A stretch of 64,000 nucleotides of DNA from Chiloscyllium plagiosum (Eukaryota), in contig NC_057718.1 of assembly GCF_004010195.1 (NCBI RefSeq), positions 78,604,935-78,668,934 of the forward strand, read 5' to 3'. A program made the position numbers and the translations under genes. How positions within the stretch are numbered: position 1 is the first letter of the stretch; each line of letters begins with the position of its first letter. The notes under the pieces were generated by a model. It saw nothing but the letters and a program-made list of their open reading frames with translations. It was not told the origin of the DNA and did no database searches. Below, in pieces: positions 52,041 to 64,000 of this stretch.

Positions 52041-53375
52041 CTTCAAAAGGCATAAAACAATTATCTTAATATTGAGGGCATGTACAGTTATGTTAATGTG
52101 CATGTAAGATGGTAGGATAACATGGGTAAACGAGTTTCTAGCTTTCTGAAAAAGGACATGGAGCATGAGAAGGGAAAGGTGGCTGGCTGAAGTGGGAATG
52201 AGTGAGCAGTACTGAGGCATTCTGGGTTATAAATTCCAATATCAATTCCACAATGAGCCTCACCCACACCCCTGAGCACAGAAAAATAGATTACCCAATC
52301 AGATGCCTGACTGTGGCCAATCCCCTAAACTAATATGGGAGGCAGCTCTTGACATACTGTGCCAGGACACCTTAACAGATACGTGCCTCCATGGACTTCA
52401 GTGAAATACGTGCCCCTAAGACTTTGACACAAGGCTACTCGCTCTCTGCATGTCTTGTGCATTTGCCATGTAAGCTGCTGGCACATAGTGCAAGTGTAAG
52501 ACTGGTGCAGCACACTGGATACACCAAGACGTACACCTCCTTGACTAATGACTACTGAACTTAGAGCACTCTGTCAGCGTATTGGAAAGCTGTCATGATG
52601 GTCATGAGGAGTTGGCGAATGACAGATGCCCATGCCCACAGCTGAAGAGTGCACGTGGCTGGTGCCTATGGGTCATGTCCTGTGATGCTGTTTTGTTATA
52701 CACAGCATGGAAATCCATCAGAGCAAGTGGCAAGCTGAATCTGCCAGGTCCCTGCTCTTTGGTTTCAAATTTTCTTGACTATAACTTGTTTACTGTGTTT
52801 AGTAACATGTACAGCTGAGATGAGTTGGAACGTCAACAAAGTCTTTATCAAGCCACTTAATTGGGAACGTATTGAGTCATATAGAATGGAAACAGACCTT
52901 TGGTCCAACCAATCCATGCTGACCATAATCCCAAAATAAACGAGTCTCACCTGCCTGTGCTTAGCCTCCAAACATTTCCTCATTGTGTACTTATCGACAA
53001 ATCTTTTAAACATTGTAATTCATCCACTACTGCCTCAGGAGGTTCATTACACACATAAACCACTCTCTGTGGAAAAAATGTTGCCCCTCACGTCTTTTAA
53101 AATCTTTCTTCTCTCACCTTAAAAATATGCCGCCGTAGTCTTGAAATCCCCTAACCTAGAGAAAGGACACCTGCCATTCACCATATCTATACCCTCATGA
53201 TTTTATAAACCCCTATAAGGTTACCCCTCAACCTCCTAGAGGTGAGGGCAGAACTGCCCAAAAAAAAATCCAGCTTAAAAATAACACATGACAGACTTGC
53301 TGCTGCCTAGCAAGAAACTTGTCACATCACTTATCAAAACCTTAAAAGTTGGAGTGAGAGTCTTCTGATGTTGAG

Positions 53376-53718
53376 CTGAAAATGTGTTGCTGGAAAAGCG
53401 CAGCCTGTCAGGCAGCATCCAAGGAGCAGGAGAATCGACATTTCGGGCATGAACCCTTCTTCAGGAATGAGGAAGGTGTGCCAAGCAGGCTAAGATAAAA
53501 GGTAGGGAGGAGGGACTTGGGGGAGGGGCATTGGAAATGCGATAGGTAAGAGCTTCTGGTCAGAGGAGATGACCTGGGGTGTGCAGTGAGAGAGGGACTC
53601 ACTGAAATCCTTGTAGAGGGAGGAAGAGAGCTTCTTCAAGGAAGGCATCCTTGTAAGAGGATTCGCAGTAGGTTAAAATCTTCTAGGAGAAAGTGAGGAC
53701 TCCAGATGTTGGAGATCC
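53376..53718 (-). mobile_element. Internally deleted, circularly permuted Penelope-like family A unit; 15 bp TSD
   Basis: tcttctgatgttgag at 53361-53375 and 53719-53733. Hammerhead at 53433-53468. ORF start MPSLKKLSSSLYKDFSESLSHCTPQ from 53648. Confidence 0.8.
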
Positions 53719-55149
53719 TCTTCTGATGTTGAGATGGGGTTTGCCAAACTTCTCATCTGATTCTCCCAAGAGGGGAGGACAAAGAACAGCATGGCTATAA
53801 ATGGCAGAGGAATCAATTAGAAGGGTAACAGATAGGCACTTCTGCAAACGCAAAGGACACCCCAGGGTGGTATGTTGCTCCCTGGTGCCACGGTCAGGGA
53901 TGAATGTTGGCCCTTTGCTGTTTGTGATATTTAGAAACAATCTAGACTTGAATGTAGGAGGATTGATCAATAAATTCAAGGTGAGGTGGTAATTACAGCC
54001 CTAGATTACAGAATGATATAAATGGTCTGGTCTGAAGAGCTGCTCAGTGACGAATGGAATTTGATCCTGAAAGGTGTGAGGTAATGCAGTTTGAGAGGAT
54101 GTACAAGGCAAGGGACTGCATATTGAATGATGGAATCCTAGGAAGCACCAAGGATTGAAGGACTTCGGTGTGAGTTCTTCATATCCGAGAATGTTGAGCC
54201 TGAAGTCTTAACTGCTACAGAAGGTGCTTGAGGCCAAAACATTATGTGTTTTTAAGAAGGCAATGTATATAGTCTTGTGGCTAAAGGAATCAATGGATAT
54301 TGGGATGGCACTGAGCTTGATGATTAGCCATGATCATAATGAATGGAAAGCAGGCTTGAGGGGATGAATAGTCTATTCATGCTCCAATCTTTTATGTTTC
54401 TATATTTCTATTCATGTCCACAGGTCCTTTAAGGTAGTGGGACAGGTAGATAAAACGATTAAGAAAACATTTCCAATATTTCCTTTTATTAGCCGAGACA
54501 CAGTGTTTAAGAGTAGCGAGGTGATGTTAGAACTACATAAAGTGTTGGTTAGACCAAAGCTAGGGTATTGTGTGAAAATCTGGAATCTACATAATCGGAG
54601 AAGTGTGACTGCATTGGAGATACTGCAGAGAATCCCACACAGGCTGTTAGTGGAACAAACCAGCTGAGGCCACAGGAAACTAAAGTCACACAGATCAGGA
54701 AGAAAAGACACATCCTTCAGCAGAGATGTTAGAAAGTTTAAAATAGAATTTTAAAGGGATAGGTCACAATATATGATGTGTCATTTGGAGTATTTATGAG
54801 CCATGTGGCATCTTTGCATGTTCTTTGTTTCATTTCTAGAAGAGAGCAGTAAATAAAATCAAGTCCTGGTCAAGGACAACGGATATATAAGATAATGAAT
54901 AAGCACACAGACAGATAATCATGCATAAATAGTTTCTATGGAAACAACAAGTTTAAAAATGGAAATTTAAATTTAATGAAAACCTGATAGTCCAACAACA
55001 TTTATTTTATAGAGTCATAGAGATGTACAGTATGGAAACAGACCCTTCAGTCCAACCTATCCATGCTGACCAGATATCTTAATTTGGAATTGTTTGAGAT
55101 GTGCAATGTCTATAGAAATTTCACAAGTTACTTTATGCTGAGTGTAAAT

Positions 55150-56340
55150 AAATGTGCAAGAAATGTTAATGCCTGAAATCGAATAGAAATGTTTGATTTC
55201 TGCTTTAAGGGTACTGCAAGAATACTTGTTTGGAAAGTAAAGGTTCCCCATAAGTTTCGAAATGAGATAGAACAGTAATAGTGTAGTGCCCCAGTTAGAA
55301 GAGAAGTTAGAAATAATTTTTAAGAAGTTATTTTGAGAGCCTGAGATAATTTATCACAGCTTAATTTGATTGAATATGTCAGTTTTGTATTTATGTAGAT
55401 TATAGTGAAAGGAAAGTGCAGATGAGACCAGTATGTTTAGGATAAAGTTTGGCTTGCTGTAATTAAAAGTTTGAGAATGATAATCGGAATAGAAAGGAAT
55501 ATCTAGCTTGAATACAGTTTAAAAAAAAGAGAACTGCATGATCTTTTAAGTCCATTTTATTTGGTAGTAAAGCATTTATACTAAATGCTAGTAACAATTT
55601 TGCAAGAGAATGTGATTCAGTGAAGCAACCTGTAGATGGGCAATACCATAAAGTTAACCAGTGACCATCCACTCTTCAGGAGTGTGAAATGAAGAAATAG
55701 AAACTTGAAAACAAATTAAAATGTTTATTGCAGATACCACACTCAATATACGACCGCACTTAGTAGGCTAACACTTATAATATACGTCCTTAGACAAGTA
55801 CATGATTATATGGTAGCATGGAGTCCACAGTGGATGTATCATCTTAGGGAGGGGGACATGTACAGCAATTAAGAAATGAGCAGAAGCTGCTAGATTATAA
55901 TTATAGGCAGTGGCCATAAAGGTAAAAATGCTCCAGAAGGGAACAGATCTCATTCAAGTAGATAACCATGAACAGATGGGGTAGGTAAGAGGCAGTACAG
56001 GACATCAGCATTGTCAATTGTGCTAGAGGAGCTGAATATGGTAGATTTACACAGATATACTGAAGAGGAGGAAGAATTGCTTTGAGAAGAACAATGTGTA
56101 CTAAAAGGCACCAGCGGTGTCTAGCAGAAAGAGAAAAGGGTGATATCACCACACTCATTCAGCATAACTTCATGAAAATATACCATGGAAATTCACACCA
56201 GGGGAGGGAAGCCATGTTGGTAAGTTGTTAAGGATAAGCAGATGCTGTGGTGACAAGGAATGGGAAGAGACATAATAAAACATTGTTAGAGCTGTTGCTA
56301 TGTGTCCAGCCTAATCCAGGAAGACGAGTCAAAGTCCACA
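55150..56340 (+). mobile_element. Highly decayed endogenous-retrovirus-like pol (RNase H and integrase zinc finger)
   Basis: Remnants YVLRQVHDYMVAW, AVAIKVK..QKGTD and MKIYHGNSHQGREAM, followed by a degenerate C..C..NPG segment. Confidence 0.5.
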
Positions 56341-57209
56341 TCTTGTATCATAGATTCATAAAGCATGGAAACAGATCATTCCATTGAACTCATCTGCACT
56401 GACCAGATATCCCAATCTGACCTAGTCCCACTTGTCAGCATTTAAACCATAACCCTCAAAACTCTTCCTATTCATGTACTCATCCAGTTGCCTTTTCAAT
56501 ATTCCCTTTACCACATCCTGTGGCTTACATGTGCCATCCTCTGCATGAAAAAGTTACTCCTCAGGTCCTTTTTAATTGTTGCCCCCCTTTCCTTAAACCT
56601 ATGCCCTCTAGTTTTGGACTTCCCCCCTAGGAAAAAGATCTTAGTTATTCATCCGATCTGTGCCCCTCATGATAATATAAACTTTGATATGGCTACTTCT
56701 CAGCCTCTGATACTCCCGGGAACAAAAGCCCCTGCCTATTTAGCGTCCCTAGATAATTCAAATCCTCCAGTCCTGGCAACATCCTTGTGAATCTTTTCTG
56801 CACCCCTTTAAATTTAACCACATCCTTCCTAAAGAAGGGCAATCACTAAATGACATTAGAAAGCAATATCAATTCTGTCTGGTCCTTTGGGAAAAAATTC
56901 AATCATGTTTGTCCAATATGAGTTTCGCTACATAAAATCATACAGACTGGTAATCATATATTTTCAAAATGGCAGTTAATTTTATTTCAGATTAGTGTCT
57001 CCACAATATTCCCAATCATTGTCAGTTGACAGGCTGGTCTGTATTTGCATGGTGCTTCTTCTCTTTGGAGAGGATGTGAGGGAAATTAGCTTTGTGTTGA
57101 AACTGCCAACTACTTCTTAACTGTAAGTAGGGAAGGTGTGAGGATCAGAATACCTGATAAGAACAAAGAGCAAAGCAGGTGCCGATTGCAAGAGCAGATG
57201 CTTGTAGGC

Positions 57210-59095
57210 AGTTTCTCCTACAAGGATCCTTTGAGCCATGGATAGAGGTAAAGGGGGAGGTGTGGGTGCTGGTTTTACACCTCATCTGGTGGCGAGGGAT
57301 GATGCAGGGAGTGGAGGGTGGGTTGATGGGGGAGTATGGACATAACAGGGGAGTCACGGAGGGAATGGTCTCTGCTGAATGCTGATAGGGGTGAGGAGGG
57401 AAATATATTTCTGGTGGTGGGGTCTGACGGTAGGTAGTGGAAATTCCAGAGGATGGTGCATTGTATCCGGAGATTGGTGCACTGGAAGGTGAGAACCGGG
57501 GGACTCTATCCGTGTTGCAGTTGGAGGGGTGGAGTTCAAGGGCGGAGGTGCAGGAAGTGGAGGAGATGCACTGGAGGGCATCTTTGACCTTGTGGGAGGG
57601 GAAAGAAGTAGGAGGCCATCTGGGATGTTCAGGTACTGCTCCTGGGAGACAGAGGATTTGGGAGTATGAGGTCATGTTTTTACAATGACGAGGATGTGGG
57701 GGTTGGTGTAGTCCAGGTAGCTGTGGGAGCGGGTGGGTTTAAGGTAGATGTCCGTGTTGAGTCGGTTGCCTGAAATAGAGACGGAGAGGTCCAGGTAGAG
57801 GAGGGAGGTGTCCGAGATGGTCCAGGTGAATTTGAGATCAGGGTGGAAGGTGTTTGTGAATTCAATAAATTGTCCAACCTCCTTGTGGAATCATTGATGT
57901 AATGGAGGAAAAGGTTGGGAATGGTGCCAATGTAACTACGGAAGTTGAACTGTTCCACGTATCCAATAAAAACACAGGCATAGCTGGGACCCATGCGTGT
58001 GCGCATGGCTGCCACTTTGGTCTGAAAGAAGTGGCAGGTTTTGAAGAAGCAGTTGTTCAGAGTGAGGAGCAGTCCAGGCGATTGGATGAGCGTGTCAGTG
58101 GAGGGGTATTGGTTGGGTCGATCAGGGTGGAAGGTGTTTGTGAAGTCGATGAATTGTCCAACCTCCTTGTGGAGGCATGAGGTGGCGCCGATACAATCAT
58201 TGACGTAATGGAGGAAAAGGTTGGGAATGGTGCCAATGTAACTACGGAAGTTGAACTGTTCCACGTATCCAACAAAAACACAGGCATAGCTGGGACCCAT
58301 GCGTGTGCGCATGGCTGTCACTTTGGTCTGAAAGAAGTGGCAGGTTTTGAAGAAGAAGTTGTTCAGAGTGAGGAGCAGTCCAGGCGATTGGATGAGCGTG
58401 TCAGTGGAGGGGTATTGGTTGGGTCGGTGAGTGAGGAAGAAACAGAGGATCAGGAGGCCTTCGCCATGGTGGATGGACATGTACAGCGATTAGATGCCAT
58501 GGTGAAGATGAAGTGTTGGGTGCTGGGGAAATGAAATTCATGGAGGAGGTGGAGGGTATGGGCGGTATTCTGAATATATGTTTCAGAGAAAATCTCTGGG
58601 ACACATCACCAAACAATCCCACTGCCCTGTGACCGACTACTTCAACTCCCCCTCCCACACTGCCAAGGACATGCAAGTCCTGGGCCTCCTCCACTGCCAA
58701 ACTCGAGCCACCCGACGCCTGGAGGAAAAATGCCTCAGCTTCCACCTTCTAACCACATGGCATCAACGTTGATTTCACCAGTTTCCTCATCTCCCCTCCC
58801 CCCATCTCATCTCAGATCCAACCCTTCAACTCAGCGCCACCCTCTTGAGCAGTCCCACCTGTCCATCTTCCTTCCCATCTATCTGCTGCAACTTGTCACC
58901 ATCACCCCCCACCTTTATCTGCCTATGGCATTCCAAGCAATCTCTCCCCCAGCCCCACCCCCTCTCCTATTTATCTCTCAGCTCATCCACTCCTAAACAT
59001 TCCCGATGAAGGGCTTATGCCCGAACCATCGACTCTGCTGCTCCTGGGTTACTGCCTCTCCTGCTGTGCTTTTCCAAAGTCACACTTTCCATCTT
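57210..59095. mobile_element. Penelope-like family A element: RT on the minus strand (57210-58575), then an inverted plus-strand endonuclease end and terminus (58580-59095)
   Basis: LTLNNF.F...F.Q...AM.TRMGPSYAC.F.GYVE...FL.Y..DC (Penelope RT core). Decayed hammerhead at about 59004-59031. Confidence 0.85.
57837..58426. repeat. Tandem duplication (306 bp unit; left copy carries a 22 bp deletion) of the Penelope RT core
   Basis: atcagggtggaaggtgtttgtgaa at 57837 and 58121. ORFs 57902 and 58208 translate almost identically. Confidence 0.9.
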
Positions 59096-60293
59096 TGATT
59101 GGAAAGTGACACACAGCACAGGGAAACAATTTTAAAAATTGGCCACAAATCAGGATTTTCTGCTTGTCTCCACAGGACCAAGTCATAGGTCTCTAAATTT
59201 GTTTCCTTTGAACCAGAAAGATTGAAACACGCTAAGCTATGTGTTCTCACCAACAACCACTGGTCCCAGCTGATGTATTAAGTGAAGGCTTGGGTGCAGT
59301 CAGCAACTGCAAAAAATCACACAGAAATAAAATTTCTCAGTGAACATCTTCCTAGCAAGAGGATCAAGGTTTCTGGTAGAGTAAAGGAGACGAGAGTGTT
59401 GGTGGTAGTGAGCTCCAGCATCAGTTTTGGCTCAAGGATAATGTTCTCACCTCTGAGTCAGGTGTTTGAAAGAATACCTCCAAATCTAGGCTGACATAAA
59501 ATACAGTAATGAGGGAGTGCTGCATTTGAGATGGTTCCTTTATTTCAAAGTGACATTAAATTACACCAGAGTTGTGTTCTGGTGGATCCTTCAGTCAACA
59601 CCAGTGAAACAGTTTAATTATTCATGCACCTTATTTGTAGATCTGGATGGGTACATGAATAGGAAGGGCTTAGACGGATATGGTTCAAATGTTGACGAAT
59701 GGAATATCTGGTTGATGCAGATGAGTTTGATCAAAGGACCTGTTTCCATGCTTTATGAATCTATGACTTTTATTTTGATTTGGTCCTGGGATTTGGGCAT
59801 GGCTAGCTAGGTATTTTTAATTAACGTGGTCAGCAATATTGTTACACACCTCTGGAGTAAGGTGAGACTTGAACCTGGGTTTCCTGGCCCAAAGGTAGGG
59901 ACACTGTCACTGTGCCACAAGGACAGAGAGGTCAGTGATTGATCATTACTGGACCACAATATTGGAGCAAACAGGAGATAAGAATTGAAACCTTTTAACG
60001 AGATGACGTACTTGTCATTTTTCCTACAGTGCTTCTGACTAGAGCTATCTTGGACTTTTAAAAATATTACTATAGACTCCTTTATGGAAATCTGACAGGG
60101 CTGACGTCTAATATCTCATCTGATAGTATCTCCAATAGCATTTCCTCCAAGGTGTGAATGTAACATATTTTAGGTTACCAGAAAGTGATTTCCACACATT
60201 GGATTGATTCAGTCAAGCACCGGTTCCTAAAAGTGAAATAGCATTGTTTGAACAGACACTAAAGGACATGTGTGATGACATGGAGAAACTTAC

Positions 60294-60412
60294 CACAACG
60301 TGGAATATTGCAGAATGCCCATCGCTTTTGGATGTCAGTTGTAAAACACCATGGTCTGGGTTCTCCATCAGGATTGCGACAGTAGTTCTCCTCGAGATAT
60401 TTATCTGGAAAA
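60294..60412 (-). CDS. plg: Plasminogen exon 7-equivalent, second half of kringle 2 ([39 protein letters not shown])
   Basis: NYCRNPD/PWC kringle signature. ccttcag acceptor, gtaagt donor, 119 nt, phase 2 to 1. Confidence 0.97.
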
Positions 60413-63400
60413 CTGAAGGTCATTAGTTTTACATTGGGCTCAAAAATTTTGATAGTAAATAGTTGATGTGCTTGTAAGTCTTGCAAGGTGCATTCAGGAG
60501 AATACTGTTGACAGAAATGTCTTTATTTTCCAATATTGCTTAGGTACAACAACCACATTTTGGATTTTACAGGGCATTTTGTATGGTTAGGGGTTTCATA
60601 AGTGTGTTATCAGAAAAGAATCAACATCAAGTCACAAGGAAATACAAAACTAGGTTATGTGGTCAATACCTTGGTCAAACTGGTAAGTCTTAAAGGAAGG
60701 CAGAAAAGGAAATATAGGTAGAGAAGTTTTAAGATGAAAGGTATGAATCTAGGCTGTTGAAGGCATAGCTGTTTAAGAAAGATAAAATTAATGTGCAAGA
60801 GACCAGAATTTCTTCATTTGGAATTCATTCATAATTATTTTAGTTTATGGCTCCCCCACAGGGTTTGAAGCAAAATCTTGCCTTAAACTTCTTTCTTAAA
60901 CTTCTAATTTCAAAATGAGAATATGATGAAGGCTCTTTAACAGTAGACTAAAATAACTTAGATTGATGCTGTTTTTAGGAATGGGGCTGAGTTAGCGGGC
61001 AGTCAATGAAAGCATTTTCAACACCCCCACAACCACCTCATCTCCAATTCCTGATGCAACCATTTTGAATTGAAGGAAGAGGCTTAGTGACATAACAGCA
61101 GCAAAACTCTAGCATCAGCATGCTCCTCGCATTCTTAATGTTGCTACAACATTCCCATTTCAGTCTTATTGCTACAAAAGACCTGCTCCAACCTGCTCCA
61201 ACTGTGATGGAAATCCATTCCTACCTCGATTGCTGGCAAACTGGTCTCCAGAAACTTCCACACACCCCACCCTCCCTAGCACAACCCGAGCAAAATCATT
61301 TTCTGCTGCTTCTACTACTTCTACTTTGGTGTAGTGGAAAAATATTTAATGGGATATCTGGTTTAACTATCTATTTAATGGTCTGATGAGTTAAACAGAG
61401 AAATTAGGTTCCTCTCACAATAGTTCTTAGGGACAGGTTGATGTAATGTATTCCATACTCTGGAACACATAGCCACAATGCACATCCAAGCATCCCTCAT
61501 TTTGCATTTGTGGAGCAGGTGGCAACATCTGGTGTGTTTCAACACATTTGGTGAGTCTACTGTGTGAGCCAGGGGCTGTCCACACATAAAAACAGCAAAC
61601 TTGTGAATTGCAGTTATCTAAACCCAGCCAATATCTTGGGTTGGCTTGAATCAGATCAGCTCCAAGGGATGGTATAAGGTGCAATTCCTTATTTACAAGA
61701 AGAATAATGAGGTCATTCTAACAGCGTCCTTGAAGTGAGCCTATCGTGGAAAGACACTGGCTTGTCAGACGAGCTAAAAACCAAAAGAACATTGCACCAC
61801 ATTTTGGGAAGATAAGGAAAAAGGATAAAAATGAAGGATTTCGGCTTGCCAGCTGCAAAATGTCTGGAGACCAACCTTCACAGAGTTGAGGACTCTACGC
61901 TTGGAAGTGTGGAGATAACCGCAAGACCTGGGAGAAATCTCCTGGCCTGCATGAGCTTCCATTTTTGGATATTAGCCTTTATTTTTGTTAACTGTTCAGG
62001 AGGGGATGTCATAGAAACCAGTAAGGGTGTACTTAGTTTCTTGTATAAACTGCATACCTGCTGTTAAACTTTTCCTAACCAAACAGTGTGAATTTTATTC
62101 TGTTTTTAACTAGACTAATAAAGCTGGTGGTTAGCTGATACAGTTTTGACTGTTATCCTCTTTGTGCCAACTCAATAACTGTTGTGGTAACCAGACAACA
62201 ACTGTATCTGAGCAGTTGAAACTAGGTGACTTTGCTATTGAAGTCTTGGCTCTTTTATGTTGTCCTGTACAATTTTAACCACTTGCTCGATTTTTCAAAA
62301 TCTTTGAGAATGGAAGGGTTAGTATTGCTCATGACTTTTTCCATCACGATGGTTCCACTTTACGAACATTACATTGCATCTAAAGCACAGAAACAGACTG
62401 TTTGACCTTACTGTTCTGTACAAGAGTTTATGCTCCAAGCCAGCCTTTTTCAACTCTCTTCCATCTAACCATAGTAATATATCCTTCTCTTCTTTTGTTC
62501 CTTATTTTATCTAGCTTCATCTTAAACATGTCAACACTATTCGCTTCAAGCACTCCTTGTGGTTGTGTATTGGTGCCATTGTTAAAGTAGAGATATTCGC
62601 TCCTGAATTCCTATTAGTTATTACTAGATGTTATATGACCCCTTGCTCTGGTGCACAACACAAACAGAAGCATTTTGCCTATATATCTCCCTGTCAATTA
62701 TTTTTAACGAAACTTAAAGATGTCTACAGTGTCATCCCTCTTAAGTAAAGCATGATAGCTTATCTATCTTTTCCTGAGACATATGACCTCTTATTTCTGG
62801 TATCATTCTTTGAATTTTGATTGCACCTTCTCTAGTGCTTTCATATTGTTTATTATATGGTGACCAGGACTGTCTCAGTATTTCAAGTGTAGCCTAAACA
62901 AGACTCTACAAGTTCAGTATTCTTCTCTGCTTTTCAATTCTGTCCACCTAGAACTGAACACTAGCACTTGGTTTTCCTTTTTTTCCTGGCATGCATCACT
63001 ACTTTATTGATGTGAGTATTTGTACACTTGGCTAACATTGGCGCTGTACTCTCATTTAGGCTTCTGCTTTTCAAACACATGGCTTCTTTCTTGTCCCTCG
63101 CATAACCCAACATGCTCTGCTTACTATTTTGCAATTAATTTGATAATTATTTGCCTTTTCTGGATGTTTGAATGCCTTCATGGTATTTATTTTATTGCTC
63201 CTTTGTATTAACCAAACAATTTGTTGCCACCTAAAAATTTACAGTTTGTACTGACTTCCAATTCCATGTTCATTACATAACTAATGAATAATAGTAACTT
63301 CTGCACCGGTCTTTGTGGAATACCACTATACTTTCTCAATCTGAGTAGCTACTCTTAACTTTGTTTCCCATTTTATAAGGGGAATGGGATTCCTTTCCAT

Positions 63401-63851
63401 GCACAACTCCTCCATGTATAGCTAAAGAGGAGAACGAGCTAGGTATTACGATAAATAGGAGAAGAAAGAAGAGGCATTAGAGAAAAAAGCTAGATAAAGA
63501 AAAAGAGAGGCAGAGTGCAAACCAAATTAAGAGAGAAAAATGAAGTGAACAATTGCTGAGAGTAGGACCATTGATATTTGGACCTACATAAACCTTTAGG
63601 ACAAGGAACCATTCAACAGAGTTAAGAGGTGCAAGAAGTTCATCGCAATTTTATTAAATCACCTTCATGTTCCACAGTTTTAGCATTCTATTCAATCCTT
63701 TCTCCCTCAAGTGTCAACATTACCAAATTAATGATCGAAGTTTAATATCAGAACCAAACTTCACAGACAAAATATATTTGTTTTTTACTCCAAATGGAAA
63801 TTAATTAAAGAACAATGAAAGAAAATACAGATAGTGAATTCTCTTACTTAC

Positions 63852-63972
63852 ATGCTTGGGCTGTATCCATGAAGATGAGGTGTTTGTAAATCCCAGCGCT
63901 GACATGTGGTACCATCCTCTGTTTGGGAAATTTTGCCACGATAATTCTCGCCACTGCAGAACATACACTCCT
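63852..63972 (-). CDS. plg: Plasminogen exon 6-equivalent, first half of kringle 2 ([39 protein letters not shown])
   Basis: Hand translation of the minus strand. ttgcag acceptor, gtaagt donor, 121 nt, phase 1 to 2. Resembles human K2 start (ECMHCSGENYDGKISK) and keeps the extra Cys for the K2-K3 disulfide. Confidence 0.96.
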
Positions 63973-64000
63973 CTGCAATCAAAATTTCACATATCCCATG

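Noticed and set aside
61700..62000. Possible LINE-1 ORF1 remnant
   Set aside because: The similarity is too weak to support by eye.

Overview
Vertebrate genomic DNA, most likely from a cartilaginous fish (shark). This is inferred from the repeat families: abundant CR1 LINEs, HE1-type and Deu-type SINEs and Penelope-like termini. The only host gene I can support is the 3' part of an intact plasminogen gene (plg) on the minus strand. It has 14 exons matching human PLG exons 6-19 (kringles 2-5, activation loop, complete trypsin-like domain). All have GT-AG boundaries and compatible phases, giving 1850 nt of spliced CDS including the stop and no internal stops. Exons 1-5 lie beyond the right edge. 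Introns and the 3' flank are filled with nested transposon remains: CR1, RTE, Penelope-like, Gypsy, ERV-like, PIF/Harbinger and SINEs. The most interesting non-obvious signal is a dense set of minimal type I hammerhead ribozyme motifs from at least three Penelope-like families. They sit in short insertions with 13-15 bp target-site duplications, often as fold-back hairpins. One copy is intact and in sense orientation inside plg intron 9, and one ~343 bp unit is circularly permuted, suggesting a retrozyme-like intermediate. All coordinates were read by eye; repeat boundaries and family names are approximate.
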